Shown here in pieces: positions 8,815 through 18,017 of a DNA stretch of 64,000 bases (its first letter is position 1; every line of letters starts with the position of its first letter). This stretch comes from a virus (Duplodnaviria; Caudoviricetes): positions 32,001 to 96,000 of the IMG/VR virus record IMGVR_UViG_3300014205_000004; one strand, written 5' to 3'. The translations under genes were made by a program, and so were the position numbers. The notes beneath the pieces were generated by a model that saw nothing but the letters and a program-made list of their open reading frames with translations, made no database searches and had not been told where the DNA came from.

Positions 8815-9134
8815 CAGACCGGCCCCACACCGTGGTTGCAGTAGCGCCCTACTGCCACGCAGTAGCTTGTCCTCGCTTGCAGCATGTGGAGCACGGCATC
8901 GATGTCGGTGAGGTTCTGCTCAGAGTCCTTCGAAGGGTTAATGAAGACGCGCGTGCCGTTGCTGAGGATGATGAGCGCCCACGTGTGGTCGCCGTAGTAC
9001 GCTACCTGCGCGTCGTCCTCGCCTTCGATCGCGATGACGTCCACGCAGTCGCGCTCCCACTTGTCGTAGCCACCGTCCGGGTCATCGATGGTGCGTGGGA
9101 ATGCTTCGAGGTTAACCGGTACGAACTTAATCAA
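8814..9134 (-). CDS. hypothetical protein
   Basis: TTG start after GGGAGG; IKFVPVNLE... Confidence 0.6.
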   Translation of the reverse strand: MIKFVPVNLEAFPRTIDDPDGGYDKWERDCVDVIAIEGEDDAQVAYYGDHTWALIILSNGTRVFINPSKDSEQNLTDIDAVLHMLQARTSYCVAVGRYCNHGVGPV

Positions 9135-10485
9135 CGCGACCTCCCATGGTCCAGCCCCGGACAGTCCGGGTTCCGCTGTTGGCGTCGAAGGAGCGGAAGC
9201 GAGCGCGCTCGGTCTCCTGCGTCGGTTCAGTGGCGTAGGGCACCGTGTTCTTGACGATGTAGTGCCACGTCTTCCCGTCGCCGAGCTTGCGCCGGGCGTG
9301 GTCACGCTCGCGGCCTTCGGGGTCGTGGTACATCGTCCCGCGAGCGTATGTCCCGCGAGGTGCGAACTTCGCGAGGGTGTTGTTGTTGAGAGGCAGCGCC
9401 ATGTCGGAGACGAAGCTCTCGGTTGCGGTGTGGTTGGTCCCGAGAAGGGATACCCGCTTGCTGCGGGTACGGATGTCCTTGGTGTTGATGCCGGCCATAG
9501 GGATGGCGAAGATGTCCCCCTGGCGCACAACTTCGAGGCCTTCGGCTTCGGCGACCTTGACTTCATGCGGCTTGAGGGATTCGTACGCCTCTTCGATGGT
9601 GTTCGCGTCCGTGTCGGGCAGCTGGCAGAGGAAGTAGAGCGGGCGGCGTTCTTGCTCGTCGAAGGAGCTGAGGAACTTGGCCTTCGCGAAGCGGTCGGGA
9701 ACCCAGGTCAGTTCCTCACTCATCTTGGTGCGCTCGTTGTACCGTTCTTCCCACGTCTTCGAGTCATCGTTGTTCAGGGCGGCGAGGCGTCGCTGGTAGT
9801 CAGCCATGTCGGGGTGCGTGTTGTGGCCGGGCTCAATCAGGTACTCGGCCTCGAACAGCGATCCACCCATCCAGTGCCGCCAACGCTTGTACGCCCAGCG
9901 ACCGTTGTGCCAGAAGAGCGTATGGTCGCCCAGCTTACGGTAGGCGACTTCGTACTCGTCGGCGGGGGTTACTGTTCCATCGTCATTCCACTCGAACAGC
10001 CAGCCGTCCTTGCTGTACGGGTACTCGATACCGTCCTGGAGCTTGCGGCGGAGAGTCATCGTGACTGTCCGAACGTCAGCCAGCTCCTCGTTGGAGACGT
10101 AGACGATCTCCTCCTCGGACCGGTCACTTTCGACCTGCAGCGGCTTGATTCTCTCGTGCGGGATGCCTGCCGCGTCCAGGGCGCTGAAGGGGAGGAGGAT
10201 GGACTTGATGCCGCTCCTCGTGATAGCGCCCCGAACAAACCCCTGATGGGAAGTCGTCGTGCTCGAATAGCGGTCGCTGTTGACGAGGAAGAACCCGTCC
10301 TTCCGCGTCCCTACGAGTTGGGCCAGGGGGAAGTGCGATCCGTAACTGAACACGGTGTCGACGTCCTGGCTTTGCCGCGAGCTGCCGCCGATCTTTGCGT
10401 TGACTGAGGCCGGCCGAAGGAACCGTGGCTTCTCCTTGCCGACTTCCTGGATGAATCGTTCGATAACCTGTTGTGCGCTTGTCAT
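9127..10485 (-). CDS. large phage protein of unknown function (452 aa)
   Basis: GAGGAG RBS; motifs FSYGSHFPLA, YSSTTTSHQ, RQGDIFAIP. Confidence 0.85.
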   Translation of the reverse strand: MTSAQQVIERFIQEVGKEKPRFLRPASVNAKIGGSSRQSQDVDTVFSYGSHFPLAQLVGTRKDGFFLVNSDRYSSTTTSHQGFVRGAITRSGIKSILLPFSALDAAGIPHERIKPLQVESDRSEEEIVYVSNEELADVRTVTMTLRRKLQDGIEYPYSKDGWLFEWNDDGTVTPADEYEVAYRKLGDHTLFWHNGRWAYKRWRHWMGGSLFEAEYLIEPGHNTHPDMADYQRRLAALNNDDSKTWEERYNERTKMSEELTWVPDRFAKAKFLSSFDEQERRPLYFLCQLPDTDANTIEEAYESLKPHEVKVAEAEGLEVVRQGDIFAIPMAGINTKDIRTRSKRVSLLGTNHTATESFVSDMALPLNNNTLAKFAPRGTYARGTMYHDPEGRERDHARRKLGDGKTWHYIVKNTVPYATEPTQETERARFRSFDANSGTRTVRGWTMGGRVD

Positions 10486-10533
10486 AGTGTCTCCTCTGTG
10501 TGTGTTGGGTGTAGCTGTCGAGTGTTTGACGGA

Positions 10534-10839
10534 CTAGATGTGCTCGATACCGTTGGCGTCGTCGCATTGCAGGCAGAGCGCTTGCCTGTTCGTGAACTTG
10601 TGGCACGGGCAGCTTTGCTCGCCCTGGCGGTTGATGTCGGTGTTGTCTCCGAAGACCCCGGTGTATGCGAACCCGACACCGAAGAGCTTGGCCATGGTGC
10701 TGATGAACTCGATGAAGGCCGCGTCATCGTCGACGTTTGCCGGCGTGGTCATGTACGCGACGACGGCCCTGCGTATGTCGCTGGTGAGCACTTTGCGCCC
10801 ATTGACGTGAACGTTGTCACCGACGATGCGCTTAGTCAT
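10534..10839 (-). CDS. hypothetical protein
   Basis: 101 aa, Cys-rich C-terminus. Confidence 0.65.
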   Translation of the reverse strand: MTKRIVGDNVHVNGRKVLTSDIRRAVVAYMTTPANVDDDAAFIEFISTMAKLFGVGFAYTGVFGDNTDINRQGEQSCPCHKFTNRQALCLQCDDANGIEHI

Positions 10840-11122
10840 AGGCGTCGTTCCAGTCAGTGATTTCGATGGTTGCGCTACAGTGCGGGCAGACAGTGAAGTT
10901 CCCCGAGTAAGGTGCTACGCGCTGGACGTTCATCTTCTCCTCAGGGTCCTTGTGCATGTGCGAGAGATGGTCGCGGTCGTAGGTCAGTTCGATGACCTTG
11001 CCCTCGTCAGTCCATCGCGGTACGGAGTTGAGCAGGTTGTACCAGCCACACCTCGGGCAGTTGTGTTCGTAGGCCGCAACAACCAGTTCTGTGGTGAAGA
11101 CTTTCGGGGTGGTGTTAGGCAT
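10832..11122 (-). CDS. zinc-ribbon protein
   Basis: CPRC...CPHC; AGGAGG RBS. Confidence 0.7.
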   Translation of the reverse strand: MPNTTPKVFTTELVVAAYEHNCPRCGWYNLLNSVPRWTDEGKVIELTYDRDHLSHMHKDPEEKMNVQRVAPYSGNFTVCPHCSATIEITDWNDAYD

Positions 11123-11387
11123 TGTTGTCCTCCTGAGGGCGAATCGACTTGTACCAGTCCTCCCAGGCCATGAGGGTGTAGTGTTTGATGCTGTCTTCCT
11201 CGATGCCGTAGTTGATGGCGTCCTCTTCGCAGGCTTCGGTGATAGTGACGATGTGCGGCCATTCGAAGCCGAGCATGTAGTTGATGTTGTTGGAGATCCG
11301 TTCCATCGCCTCGTCTTCCGACATGGCGACGGTGTTCATGGTGATCGTGATGCTGTAGTGCTTGGGCAGGTCGGGCTTTGCTGGCAT
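11115..11387 (-). CDS. acidic hypothetical protein
   Basis: 90 aa, coupled. Confidence 0.7.
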   Translation of the reverse strand: MPAKPDLPKHYSITITMNTVAMSEDEAMERISNNINYMLGFEWPHIVTITEACEEDAINYGIEEDSIKHYTLMAWEDWYKSIRPQEDNNA

Positions 11388-12043
11388 TACTGGCGCTCCG
11401 TTTCCCAGAGAAGGCGGTCGTAAATGTCCTGCCCACCGAGAAAGTGGCGCAGTTCCTTCGCTTGCTCGGCTATGGTGTGGTAGATCCGTTCGGCGGTCCG
11501 GGAATCGTCGTCGTACCCGTATTCAGCGCACCAGTCCGCGAAGTTCCGGGAGTTCTCATATCCGCTCGCATCGGACGCGAGGCAATCCAGCACATCGGCC
11601 GCGGTAGGGGGCTTTTTGTGGCCGTTCCCCTGGGAAAACCAGACCGTGATGTAGGGCCCCATCTTTTCCCATTGTCCGTTGCACTGAATACTCTCCCGAG
11701 GGTAGACCCCCTCCATCTGGTGCTTTGTGCCCCGTAGCGGCCCTTCCGTGCGCTGTAGGCACGCGGCGCATATCTCATCGGCGGAATTGCGCCGCCACTT
11801 GCGCAGCGTGCACTTGAAGTGCCGCATTGAGTCGGACATGAAGCCATCGGGCCGCATGGGGAACGGCTCCGCCTTCATGTCGATCCCTATGCTTTCAATG
11901 AAATTCGCGATGGTTGGCGCGGGTATCTTGCGGTCACCGCCGCAAGTCTGGCACGGCCCGTAGGCTGTCCCCTTGTTGAGTGTCGTTCCCTGGAAGGCAT
12001 AAACGCCGTCCTCGCAGTCTGGACAAGGGATTGTTTCAGGCAT
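11387..12043 (-). CDS. conserved phage protein with N-terminal CxxCxG zinc finger
   Basis: CPDCEDG...CQTCGG; PTAADVLDCLASDA...FADWCAEYGYDDDSR. Confidence 0.8.
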   Translation of the reverse strand: MPETIPCPDCEDGVYAFQGTTLNKGTAYGPCQTCGGDRKIPAPTIANFIESIGIDMKAEPFPMRPDGFMSDSMRHFKCTLRKWRRNSADEICAACLQRTEGPLRGTKHQMEGVYPRESIQCNGQWEKMGPYITVWFSQGNGHKKPPTAADVLDCLASDASGYENSRNFADWCAEYGYDDDSRTAERIYHTIAEQAKELRHFLGGQDIYDRLLWETERQ

Positions 12044-12303
12044 CGAACACCTCCCTAACTGTGTCGGCTATGGCTCCGATGAAGCCCCTGACTGCCTGCA
12101 CCAAGCAGACAACAGCGCCCGCTAATAGGGCGCAGATAATTACAGGCACCATACGTATGCCATACCTCTGCGTTGTGTTAATTCTCGTGTTGTGCGACTG
12201 TTGTGCCTTTGTTAAATCAGGGGTTTACCCATAGCTCCTGTTGTTTTTCAATGTTGTAACAACACGGCTTTTCGAATCTGAAAGCCCCTGAAGGCGTGTT
12301 GTT

Positions 12304-12765
12304 TTACGCGATGTGTAGCTCGCGAGCCTTTTGGTACCACTTTGGTGGGTTGCCGTGAGCCCACGACACGCTCTCGTACTGCCTCGTCGGCCCGTCCAGC
12401 GCTATCACGCGAAGGTAGGTTTTCCAGCGGTCGCAGAAGTAGAGCCACCCGCCCTCGTGAGGGCCCAGCACTATGCAGTCATCGCACAGGTCTTCGAGCT
12501 TCTGAGGCCACGCCAGGTAGGCGTAGTACGCGCGGACCTCGTCGTTATCCCAGAAGTTCTCGACGGTGTACTTCTGGCCTTCTTCGGTGAGTGACCCACC
12601 CAGGAAGGCGTGACAGCTGCCACACACGTGCGGACTGTCTGTCTCGCACCAGGAGAAGCACGCCGACATGTCGTTGGTGTTGATGCTGCCGTAGCGTGCT
12701 ACTGCGCAATCCTCGCAGAGGACGCTAGCGGCCTCGTCTACGTAAGCGATTGGTTCAAGACTCAT
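12304..12765 (-). CDS. Cys-rich hypothetical protein
   Basis: CEDC...CGSC; GGAGG RBS. Confidence 0.75.
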   Translation of the reverse strand: MSLEPIAYVDEAASVLCEDCAVARYGSINTNDMSACFSWCETDSPHVCGSCHAFLGGSLTEEGQKYTVENFWDNDEVRAYYAYLAWPQKLEDLCDDCIVLGPHEGGWLYFCDRWKTYLRVIALDGPTRQYESVSWAHGNPPKWYQKARELHIA

Positions 12766-12965
12766 GCTGCGCCCTCCGATGTGCGTTCGACCTTTCCGTC
12801 CTTGTCCACGGTCAACCCGAGCCGGTGAGCACTTGCAACGGCGTCTTCGCGGCGCTCGAAGAAGTGAGGCTCACCGGCCAGGGAGATCGTGCTGGCCGTA
12901 GCAATGGTGTTGCCGAAGATGAACACCCATGCTTGGTTGACTGGCAGGTAGACGAGATGCATCAA
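12762..12965 (-). CDS. hypothetical protein
   Basis: 67 aa, coupled. Confidence 0.65.
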   Translation of the reverse strand: MMHLVYLPVNQAWVFIFGNTIATASTISLAGEPHFFERREDAVASAHRLGLTVDKDGKVERTSEGAA

Positions 12966-13594
12966 GCGGACACGGCCTTTGCCCGGTACCGTTTGACCGC
13001 GGCATCGATGTCGTGAGTCAGGTATCCGTAGTCGTCACCTACGACTTCGTATTCGCTGTCACCGATGGCTTCAGCAACAGCCTCAGCCAGGCCGGACGTC
13101 GCCGGGTCACCGAGGAAACCACCGCACGAGTCGACCCACTCGCCGTCCTCGTCCTCGACGGCGAACCAGAACCCGTAGCCGTTCGCCCAGTCGGTGTATG
13201 CCTGGCAGAAGTTCTCAGCGTCCTTGAAGCGAGCCTCGTAGGTCTTCGCCCCGAGGTTCGCAACCGGCTGCGCCCACACCAGGAGGCCAGCGTTGAGCGT
13301 CCCGTCCCACTGGAACTCGACGCCGGCAGGTACGTGGCCGTTCTTGACCATCCAGATGCAGCCACTGTGTTCGTAGTAGCTGAGGAGGAAGGCGGTGCCC
13401 TTGGTCAGCTTGCGGCGCAACCCGATGGACATATCTCCGAAGCTGCCCTCGAAGCCGAGGTCACTGGGGTGCTTGTAGCTGCCGTGCCGGGTACTGAACG
13501 AGTAGAGCTTCCACCCACCCCAATCGCTCGGGCATTCGAGTTCTTCGTCCGGCTGAACGCTAACCCTGAGCAACTGCGGCCTCTTTTCGTGCAC
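12962..13594 (-). CDS. conserved hypothetical protein
   Basis: YYEHSG...QWDG...YTDWANG...VDSCGGFLG motifs. Confidence 0.8.
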   Translation of the reverse strand: MHEKRPQLLRVSVQPDEELECPSDWGGWKLYSFSTRHGSYKHPSDLGFEGSFGDMSIGLRRKLTKGTAFLLSYYEHSGCIWMVKNGHVPAGVEFQWDGTLNAGLLVWAQPVANLGAKTYEARFKDAENFCQAYTDWANGYGFWFAVEDEDGEWVDSCGGFLGDPATSGLAEAVAEAIGDSEYEVVGDDYGYLTHDIDAAVKRYRAKAVSA

Positions 13595-13946
13595 GGCTCC
13601 ATGCGTAGGTGCGCTCCTTGAGCACCCGCCAGTGCTCGGCCATGGCTTCCGCTACTGGTTCATGAAGGTAGGGCAGGAAGTACTCGGTCGAGCGCCACGT
13701 GGTTGGGTCGATGGTTTCGGGGGTGGCACCATCGAGGTAGCCGACGAGGTGCTCGGCCAGCTCCCGCATCCTGAAGACCATGCACTGCTTGTAGGCAGTG
13801 TCATCGTCGTTGCGGTCCCAAAGAACCGCGATGAACGGTTCAGCCTGCCCGAAGGAGGTATCAGTCAGCCGGCCCATCGCGAGGACTGACCCATCACCAC
13901 CAGAACCGTTGCGGTGATAGGTAGCGGTTACGTCTTCGACAATCAT
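13560..13946 (-). CDS. hypothetical protein
   Basis: YHRNGSGG motif; 128 aa. Confidence 0.7.
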   Translation of the reverse strand: MIVEDVTATYHRNGSGGDGSVLAMGRLTDTSFGQAEPFIAVLWDRNDDDTAYKQCMVFRMRELAEHLVGYLDGATPETIDPTTWRSTEYFLPYLHEPVAEAMAEHWRVLKERTYAWSRARKEAAVAQG

Positions 13947-13952
13947 GTGTTC

Positions 13953-14243
13953 TTACCCTTTCGTGAAGAGGACTACTTGGCCGAGATCGAAGTGCGCCTC
14001 GTACACCTCGCAGGTTTTGAGGGCGTCGAGCGCGACGAGCAGGGTCTGACCGACCATCTGGCTCACAGTCAGGTCGCAGTCGGGTGGTGTGTTGGACTGG
14101 ATGATGGCGCGCAGATCCGCCAGGGCGTCGTTGGACACCTGGTGGTCTTTGCTGATTGCGATGTGGGTCGTCGCCTTGCCTTCACGGATGTGTTGCTCGA
14201 CGACTTGAAGGACGTATGGGTGCGTCCGTGCCCCGACGCTCAG
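13953..14243 (-). CDS. hypothetical protein (probable CTG start)
   Basis: Frame is open upstream of the GTG at 14138 to a CTG overlapping the previous TGA. Confidence 0.55.
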   Translation of the reverse strand: MSVGARTHPYVLQVVEQHIREGKATTHIAISKDHQVSNDALADLRAIIQSNTPPDCDLTVSQMVGQTLLVALDALKTCEVYEAHFDLGQVVLFTKG

Positions 14244-14431
14244 TCGGTCGCCTTCTGTTTGAGGCGGTCGAGACAGTCGCGCACATCTGCGAGGCAGGTG
14301 TAGAAGATCACCTGGTCCAGTTCTCCCAGCTGACGAAGTACGGACCGTGCTTGGTCACTTGTTCGTAAGCGTGCTTGGCGATCGCCTCGAACTCAGCGAT
14401 GGTGAGTGCAGGTTCCATGTGTGTCCTTTCT

Positions 14432-15001
14432 TTACGCTGCCGTGAAGTCCGGGTAGTCAGCCGCGAGCACATCCCGCCAACGTGCACGCGTCTGCACTGC
14501 GTAGCTGGGAAACTTGGAGTGCCGCTTGGCTACCTCCTCCAACGATTCACCCCGGATGCTTGACAGCAGGCAGTCACGCTCAAACGTGGGCAGGCGCATG
14601 ATGCTTTGCAGCAACTCGCGCGTTTCGACGAGAGACGGGACGCTCGAAGGCTCTTGCGGCTCGAAGTCAAGGTCACCCAGGCCCGCCTCCGCGGTTTCCC
14701 GCATCTGGTCGAGTGACCGCGCGCTGATCTTCTGCTGGCCTTTGGTCGTGCGACCGCCCCACATGCGCATCTGGTCTATGACTTCGGCGTTCATGCGGCG
14801 AGCAGCGTAGGAGCCGAAGCCCCCACCCTTCTCCGGATCCCAGCCCCGCCCAGCCCTGACCAGTCCGGTCAGGGTGGCGGAGCGGAACTCATCGCGGGTG
14901 AAGTAGCTGTTCTTGTTGGCCCACTGCGTGGCCACCCTCCCAGCCAGGGGGATGTAGTCGACGATGATGCGCTGCTGCTCTTCGAAGGGGAGAGTGCTCA
15001 C
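14432..15001 (-). CDS. sigma-70 family (FliA/WhiG-like) RNA polymerase sigma factor
   Basis: Region 2 (GLVRAGRGWDPEKGGGFGSYAARRMNAEVIDQMR) and region 4 HTH (LPTFERDCL...GESLEEVAKRH); GTGA overlap start. Confidence 0.85.
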   Translation of the reverse strand: MSTLPFEEQQRIIVDYIPLAGRVATQWANKNSYFTRDEFRSATLTGLVRAGRGWDPEKGGGFGSYAARRMNAEVIDQMRMWGGRTTKGQQKISARSLDQMRETAEAGLGDLDFEPQEPSSVPSLVETRELLQSIMRLPTFERDCLLSSIRGESLEEVAKRHSKFPSYAVQTRARWRDVLAADYPDFTAA

Positions 15002-15192
15002 GCCACGTAGTCGAGTACGGCGTCGAAGTAGCCCTGATGCTTGACGACGAGCATGCGCTTGCCCGCTTCGCGGCCGCGCTGGATGTGCGGCAGCAGTTCC
15101 CGGTCGTAGCTGTAGTAAGCGAACGGCATGGCCGGCGCGATCCCGTCTTCGCTGATGTGGGCAATCTGACGCTTGGTGAGGTAGTAACTCAT
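14998..15192 (-). CDS. hypothetical protein
   Basis: MSYYLTKRQ...; ATGA overlap. Confidence 0.65.
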   Translation of the reverse strand: MSYYLTKRQIAHISEDGIAPAMPFAYYSYDRELLPHIQRGREAGKRMLVVKHQGYFDAVLDYVA

Positions 15193-15578
15193 GCTGCTCC
15201 AGCCTCCTGAAGGGTGGGTTCCTTGATGGGTTTCGGTCGTGATTTCTTGGCTGCGGGGTTGATTTGCAGCAAGCATTCGTCGAGGTTGCTGCCTGTGAAG
15301 CAGCCATGGTGCCGTGCGAGCTCACCTGGCGGGTAGTGGTTGGGGAAGATGGGAATCCTCACCTGCCAGAAGTTGAACGGATATGACGCGTTACCGCGTT
15401 CGTAGTCGCGCACGATGGTGAACACGAGGTGTTCGGTGCGCATGGTGTTTCCGTCGAAGCCATCGAACACTGCACAGTAGTTCCCGCCATATGAAGCGGA
15501 GAACCGTTTGGCCATGTTTCTTGCGGTGGCCCGATAGAGACGTCGTGTTCGCGTCGTCGCAAGCAGAGTCACGCTCAT
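15189..15578 (-). CDS. hypothetical protein
   Basis: 129 aa, coupled. Confidence 0.65.
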   Translation of the reverse strand: MSVTLLATTRTRRLYRATARNMAKRFSASYGGNYCAVFDGFDGNTMRTEHLVFTIVRDYERGNASYPFNFWQVRIPIFPNHYPPGELARHHGCFTGSNLDECLLQINPAAKKSRPKPIKEPTLQEAGAA

Positions 15579-15991
15579 GCGATAGCCTTGAGGTGGTCTC
15601 TGAGGGCGGCTATGAAGCCGAGACGCGTTGGGTTGGGTAGCAACCGTAGGCTGAGCTCCGTTGCATCAATCGGCTCTCCTGCGTTGCCGGCGTGCCATGC
15701 CTCGCAGTCGCCGTTGCTGCATGCGTACCAGTCGTGCTCATTGTCCGGGATGACGAACGCATCGAGCTTGTTGTTGTCGACCGCTTCGTCGAAGGCGTCC
15801 TGCTCGTTGGATGCGAAGACGATGGCGATAGGTGTGTCCCGGTTGCAGATGACCCAGGGGCTCACCCTGTGTGGGTTGTACTCATCGTTTGGTATCCAGC
15901 CATCGAGGCCGACGACGATGTCGTCGCTGAGGTCCATGCCGCGGAATCTGATGGTCACCATGAACCACGTGTCCGACGCGCATGGCGGCAT
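15575..15991 (-). CDS. hypothetical protein
   Basis: IVFASNEQDAFDEAVD...AGNAGEPID. Confidence 0.7.
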   Translation of the reverse strand: MPPCASDTWFMVTIRFRGMDLSDDIVVGLDGWIPNDEYNPHRVSPWVICNRDTPIAIVFASNEQDAFDEAVDNNKLDAFVIPDNEHDWYACSNGDCEAWHAGNAGEPIDATELSLRLLPNPTRLGFIAALRDHLKAIA

Positions 15992-16274
15992 GGAGAAGTG
16001 CAGAGGCAGTTGAGGGGTGGCTTACGCTTGCGTTCCACTGGAGGTCACCTGGCCCTTTCCGTTGGTAGTCCCTTGCGCGACATGCTAGTGCTGCCTCTCG
16101 TCATCGGCGGCAGAACTTGCAGATAGCGCCGCGGTTGGTGACGCGCAGGCTGGGACGGACGGTGAGGTCGATGTTGCCGCACTTCTGGCAGGTGTGGCGT
16201 TCGTTCTTGCTAAGGGTGTTCCTGGCCATGTTGTGTACCTCCGTGTACTAGGTGACGTTGAGGATGTTGTTGGG

Positions 16275-16631
16275 CTACCAGTCGATCACTGCCGCGATGG
16301 CGTCGAGCGTGTCGGCATTCCACTGGTGATCGCGGTCGCCGGCTGGGTAGAGGATGTTGCGGATGGCGTCGAGGCGGTCGTGGGCAGTCCAGGGCCGGGT
16401 TTCCGTGATGGCCTCGAAGCAGCGCATGTGGAAGGCACCAACGCCGCACTCAACCGCTGGCATGCCAGGGCCAATGATGTCCCAGCAGCCACGGCAGCCG
16501 AGGTCATACCACGAAGGGCTGAGGCCCACCCATTGCACGAGCTCTTTGAGGTCAGGCCAGCGTTCACGCGCCTCCGCGATTTCACCGCACGTGATGTGCT
16601 CGTGCTTGGCATGAGTCCAGCAGTAGCTCAT
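16275..16631 (-). CDS. Cys/His-rich hypothetical protein
   Basis: 118 aa, ATGA overlap. Confidence 0.65.
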   Translation of the reverse strand: MSYCWTHAKHEHITCGEIAEARERWPDLKELVQWVGLSPSWYDLGCRGCWDIIGPGMPAVECGVGAFHMRCFEAITETRPWTAHDRLDAIRNILYPAGDRDHQWNADTLDAIAAVIDW

Positions 16632-16897
16632 CGGTTGGCCTCACGTTTCGCCCTGCGCTCATCGCACCATTCACAGCCATCCCAGCAATAGCCGTTCTCG
16701 TCTTCGATGAACCTCAGCTGCATGTCCTGGACGGCATCGCTGAAGGCTTGGAGCATGGAGCGCACCATGTCTTCAGCGTCCTCGTCGTTGGCGTCGAAGA
16801 GCGCGTCAGCGATGCAGTCGTAGATGGCGCGGTACTCGGACGATCCCACATCGTCCGGGCTGTTGAAGCGGTCGAGGAGTCTCATGCGGTCGGCCAT
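16628..16897 (-). CDS. acidic hypothetical protein
   Basis: 89 aa, coupled. Confidence 0.7.
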   Translation of the reverse strand: MADRMRLLDRFNSPDDVGSSEYRAIYDCIADALFDANDEDAEDMVRSMLQAFSDAVQDMQLRFIEDENGYCWDGCEWCDERRAKREANR

Positions 16898-17084
16898 CAG
16901 TCAGCACACATCCCGCGCAGGTGGGTGAAGAAGAACGGGCCGAAGGAGAGGAGGAGACACTCGCCGCCAATGCAGTGGCTCTTCGTGCCGAGGCACCAGC
17001 TAAGGGGTGTGACGCCGAATTCGCAGTTGTGGATGCGTACGTACGCCTGGGTGAATTTGTGCCTGCGCAGTGTCTCGCGCATCA

Positions 17085-17300
17085 CTACCAGCCCATCTCA
17101 GCGAGGTCGGCGCAGGCGTCGCACTGGTAACCGCGTCGAACGTCGGCAGGGGTGAGCCGGTCAGGTCGCTTGCAGGTAGGGCAGGGAAGGTTGCGAGGGT
17201 TCCTCCGGCTTGAAGCACGGAGTGCGCTGTTGCCGCCAGGGTGTGCGAACTGCATGCGGTGTTCGAGCTCGTCCATGTGGTTGCTCTCGTGGATGGTCAT
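17085..17300 (-). CDS. small zinc-finger protein
   Basis: NPRNLPCPTC...GYQCDACAD. Confidence 0.75.
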   Translation of the reverse strand: MTIHESNHMDELEHRMQFAHPGGNSALRASSRRNPRNLPCPTCKRPDRLTPADVRRGYQCDACADLAEMGW

Positions 17301-17410
17301 CGGGTGTAGCCCCTGGCGCGGGCTTCGCGCCGGCCTTCACGGGTGTGGTTGAGCAGTTCCCGGAAGGTCATCGGGGTGTAGCAGGTCGGACAGGTGATTT
17401 TGTGTGCCAC
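17297..17410 (-). CDS. small protein (37 aa)
   Basis: AAGGAG RBS; MAHKITCPTCYTP...; stop overlaps the next ATG. Confidence 0.55.
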   Translation of the reverse strand: MAHKITCPTCYTPMTFRELLNHTREGRREARARGYTR

Positions 17411-17542
17411 GGGTTGAACTCCTTACGTGTGCGGGTTACTCGCCCCCATGTCCCTTTCCCCGAAGGACCATGTAGCCGAGGACGATGAGTGCCACCCAGA
17501 GGGTGCCTTGAAGGACGTGGCCGAAGGTGTCCAGGTCCATGC

Positions 17543-17722
17543 TTACCTCCGCGCCTTGATGCGCATGTCGTCGTGCAGGTGGTAGCCCTTGCGTTGAAGG
17601 GCCGCGGTCAGTTCCTTCTTGCTGGCGAAGTACAGGGGACAGCCGTCCAGCTGTGCGATTGAAGCGGCGCGGATGACCACGTATTGCTTTTCGGAGAGCA
17701 GGTAGTGAGCACGAAGGGACAA
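17543..17722 (-). CDS. small basic protein (59 aa)
   Basis: AAGGAG RBS, TTG start; MSLRAHYLLSEKQY... Confidence 0.55.
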   Translation of the reverse strand: MSLRAHYLLSEKQYVVIRAASIAQLDGCPLYFASKKELTAALQRKGYHLHDDMRIKARR

Positions 17723-17731
17723 GGTGACTCC

Positions 17732-17998
17732 TTAGGCTGTGGTTGCGGTACGGGCGTTGAGGCGCATCCACGCGCCGATGGGGTCGTTTCGCAGGGAGAT
17801 GTGGTTGAAGCGGTCGCGGAGGACATCGAGGATGTCCAGCCAGAGCATTACGTCGGCGTCACTGCCGTATTGCGCTGCTTGCCGGCCTTCGGTGTGTGCC
17901 TGTTGCATGGCTCGCAGCAAGACGGTCTCGTTGACTGCCTTGTCCGCGATCTCGATCAGCTGGTCGACCGAGTAGGGGATGAACGGTGCCTCACCCAT
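17732..17998 (-). CDS. hypothetical protein
   Basis: GGAGG RBS; MGEAPFIPY... Confidence 0.7.
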   Translation of the reverse strand: MGEAPFIPYSVDQLIEIADKAVNETVLLRAMQQAHTEGRQAAQYGSDADVMLWLDILDVLRDRFNHISLRNDPIGAWMRLNARTATTA

Positions 17999-18017
17999 TG
18001 AACAAACCTCCCAGGTG

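Noticed and set aside
14240-14418. Possible frameshifted gene (36-aa plus 23-aa ORFs)
   Set aside because: The ORFs are joined by a normal GTGA overlap; a pseudogene cannot be distinguished from two tiny genes without homologues
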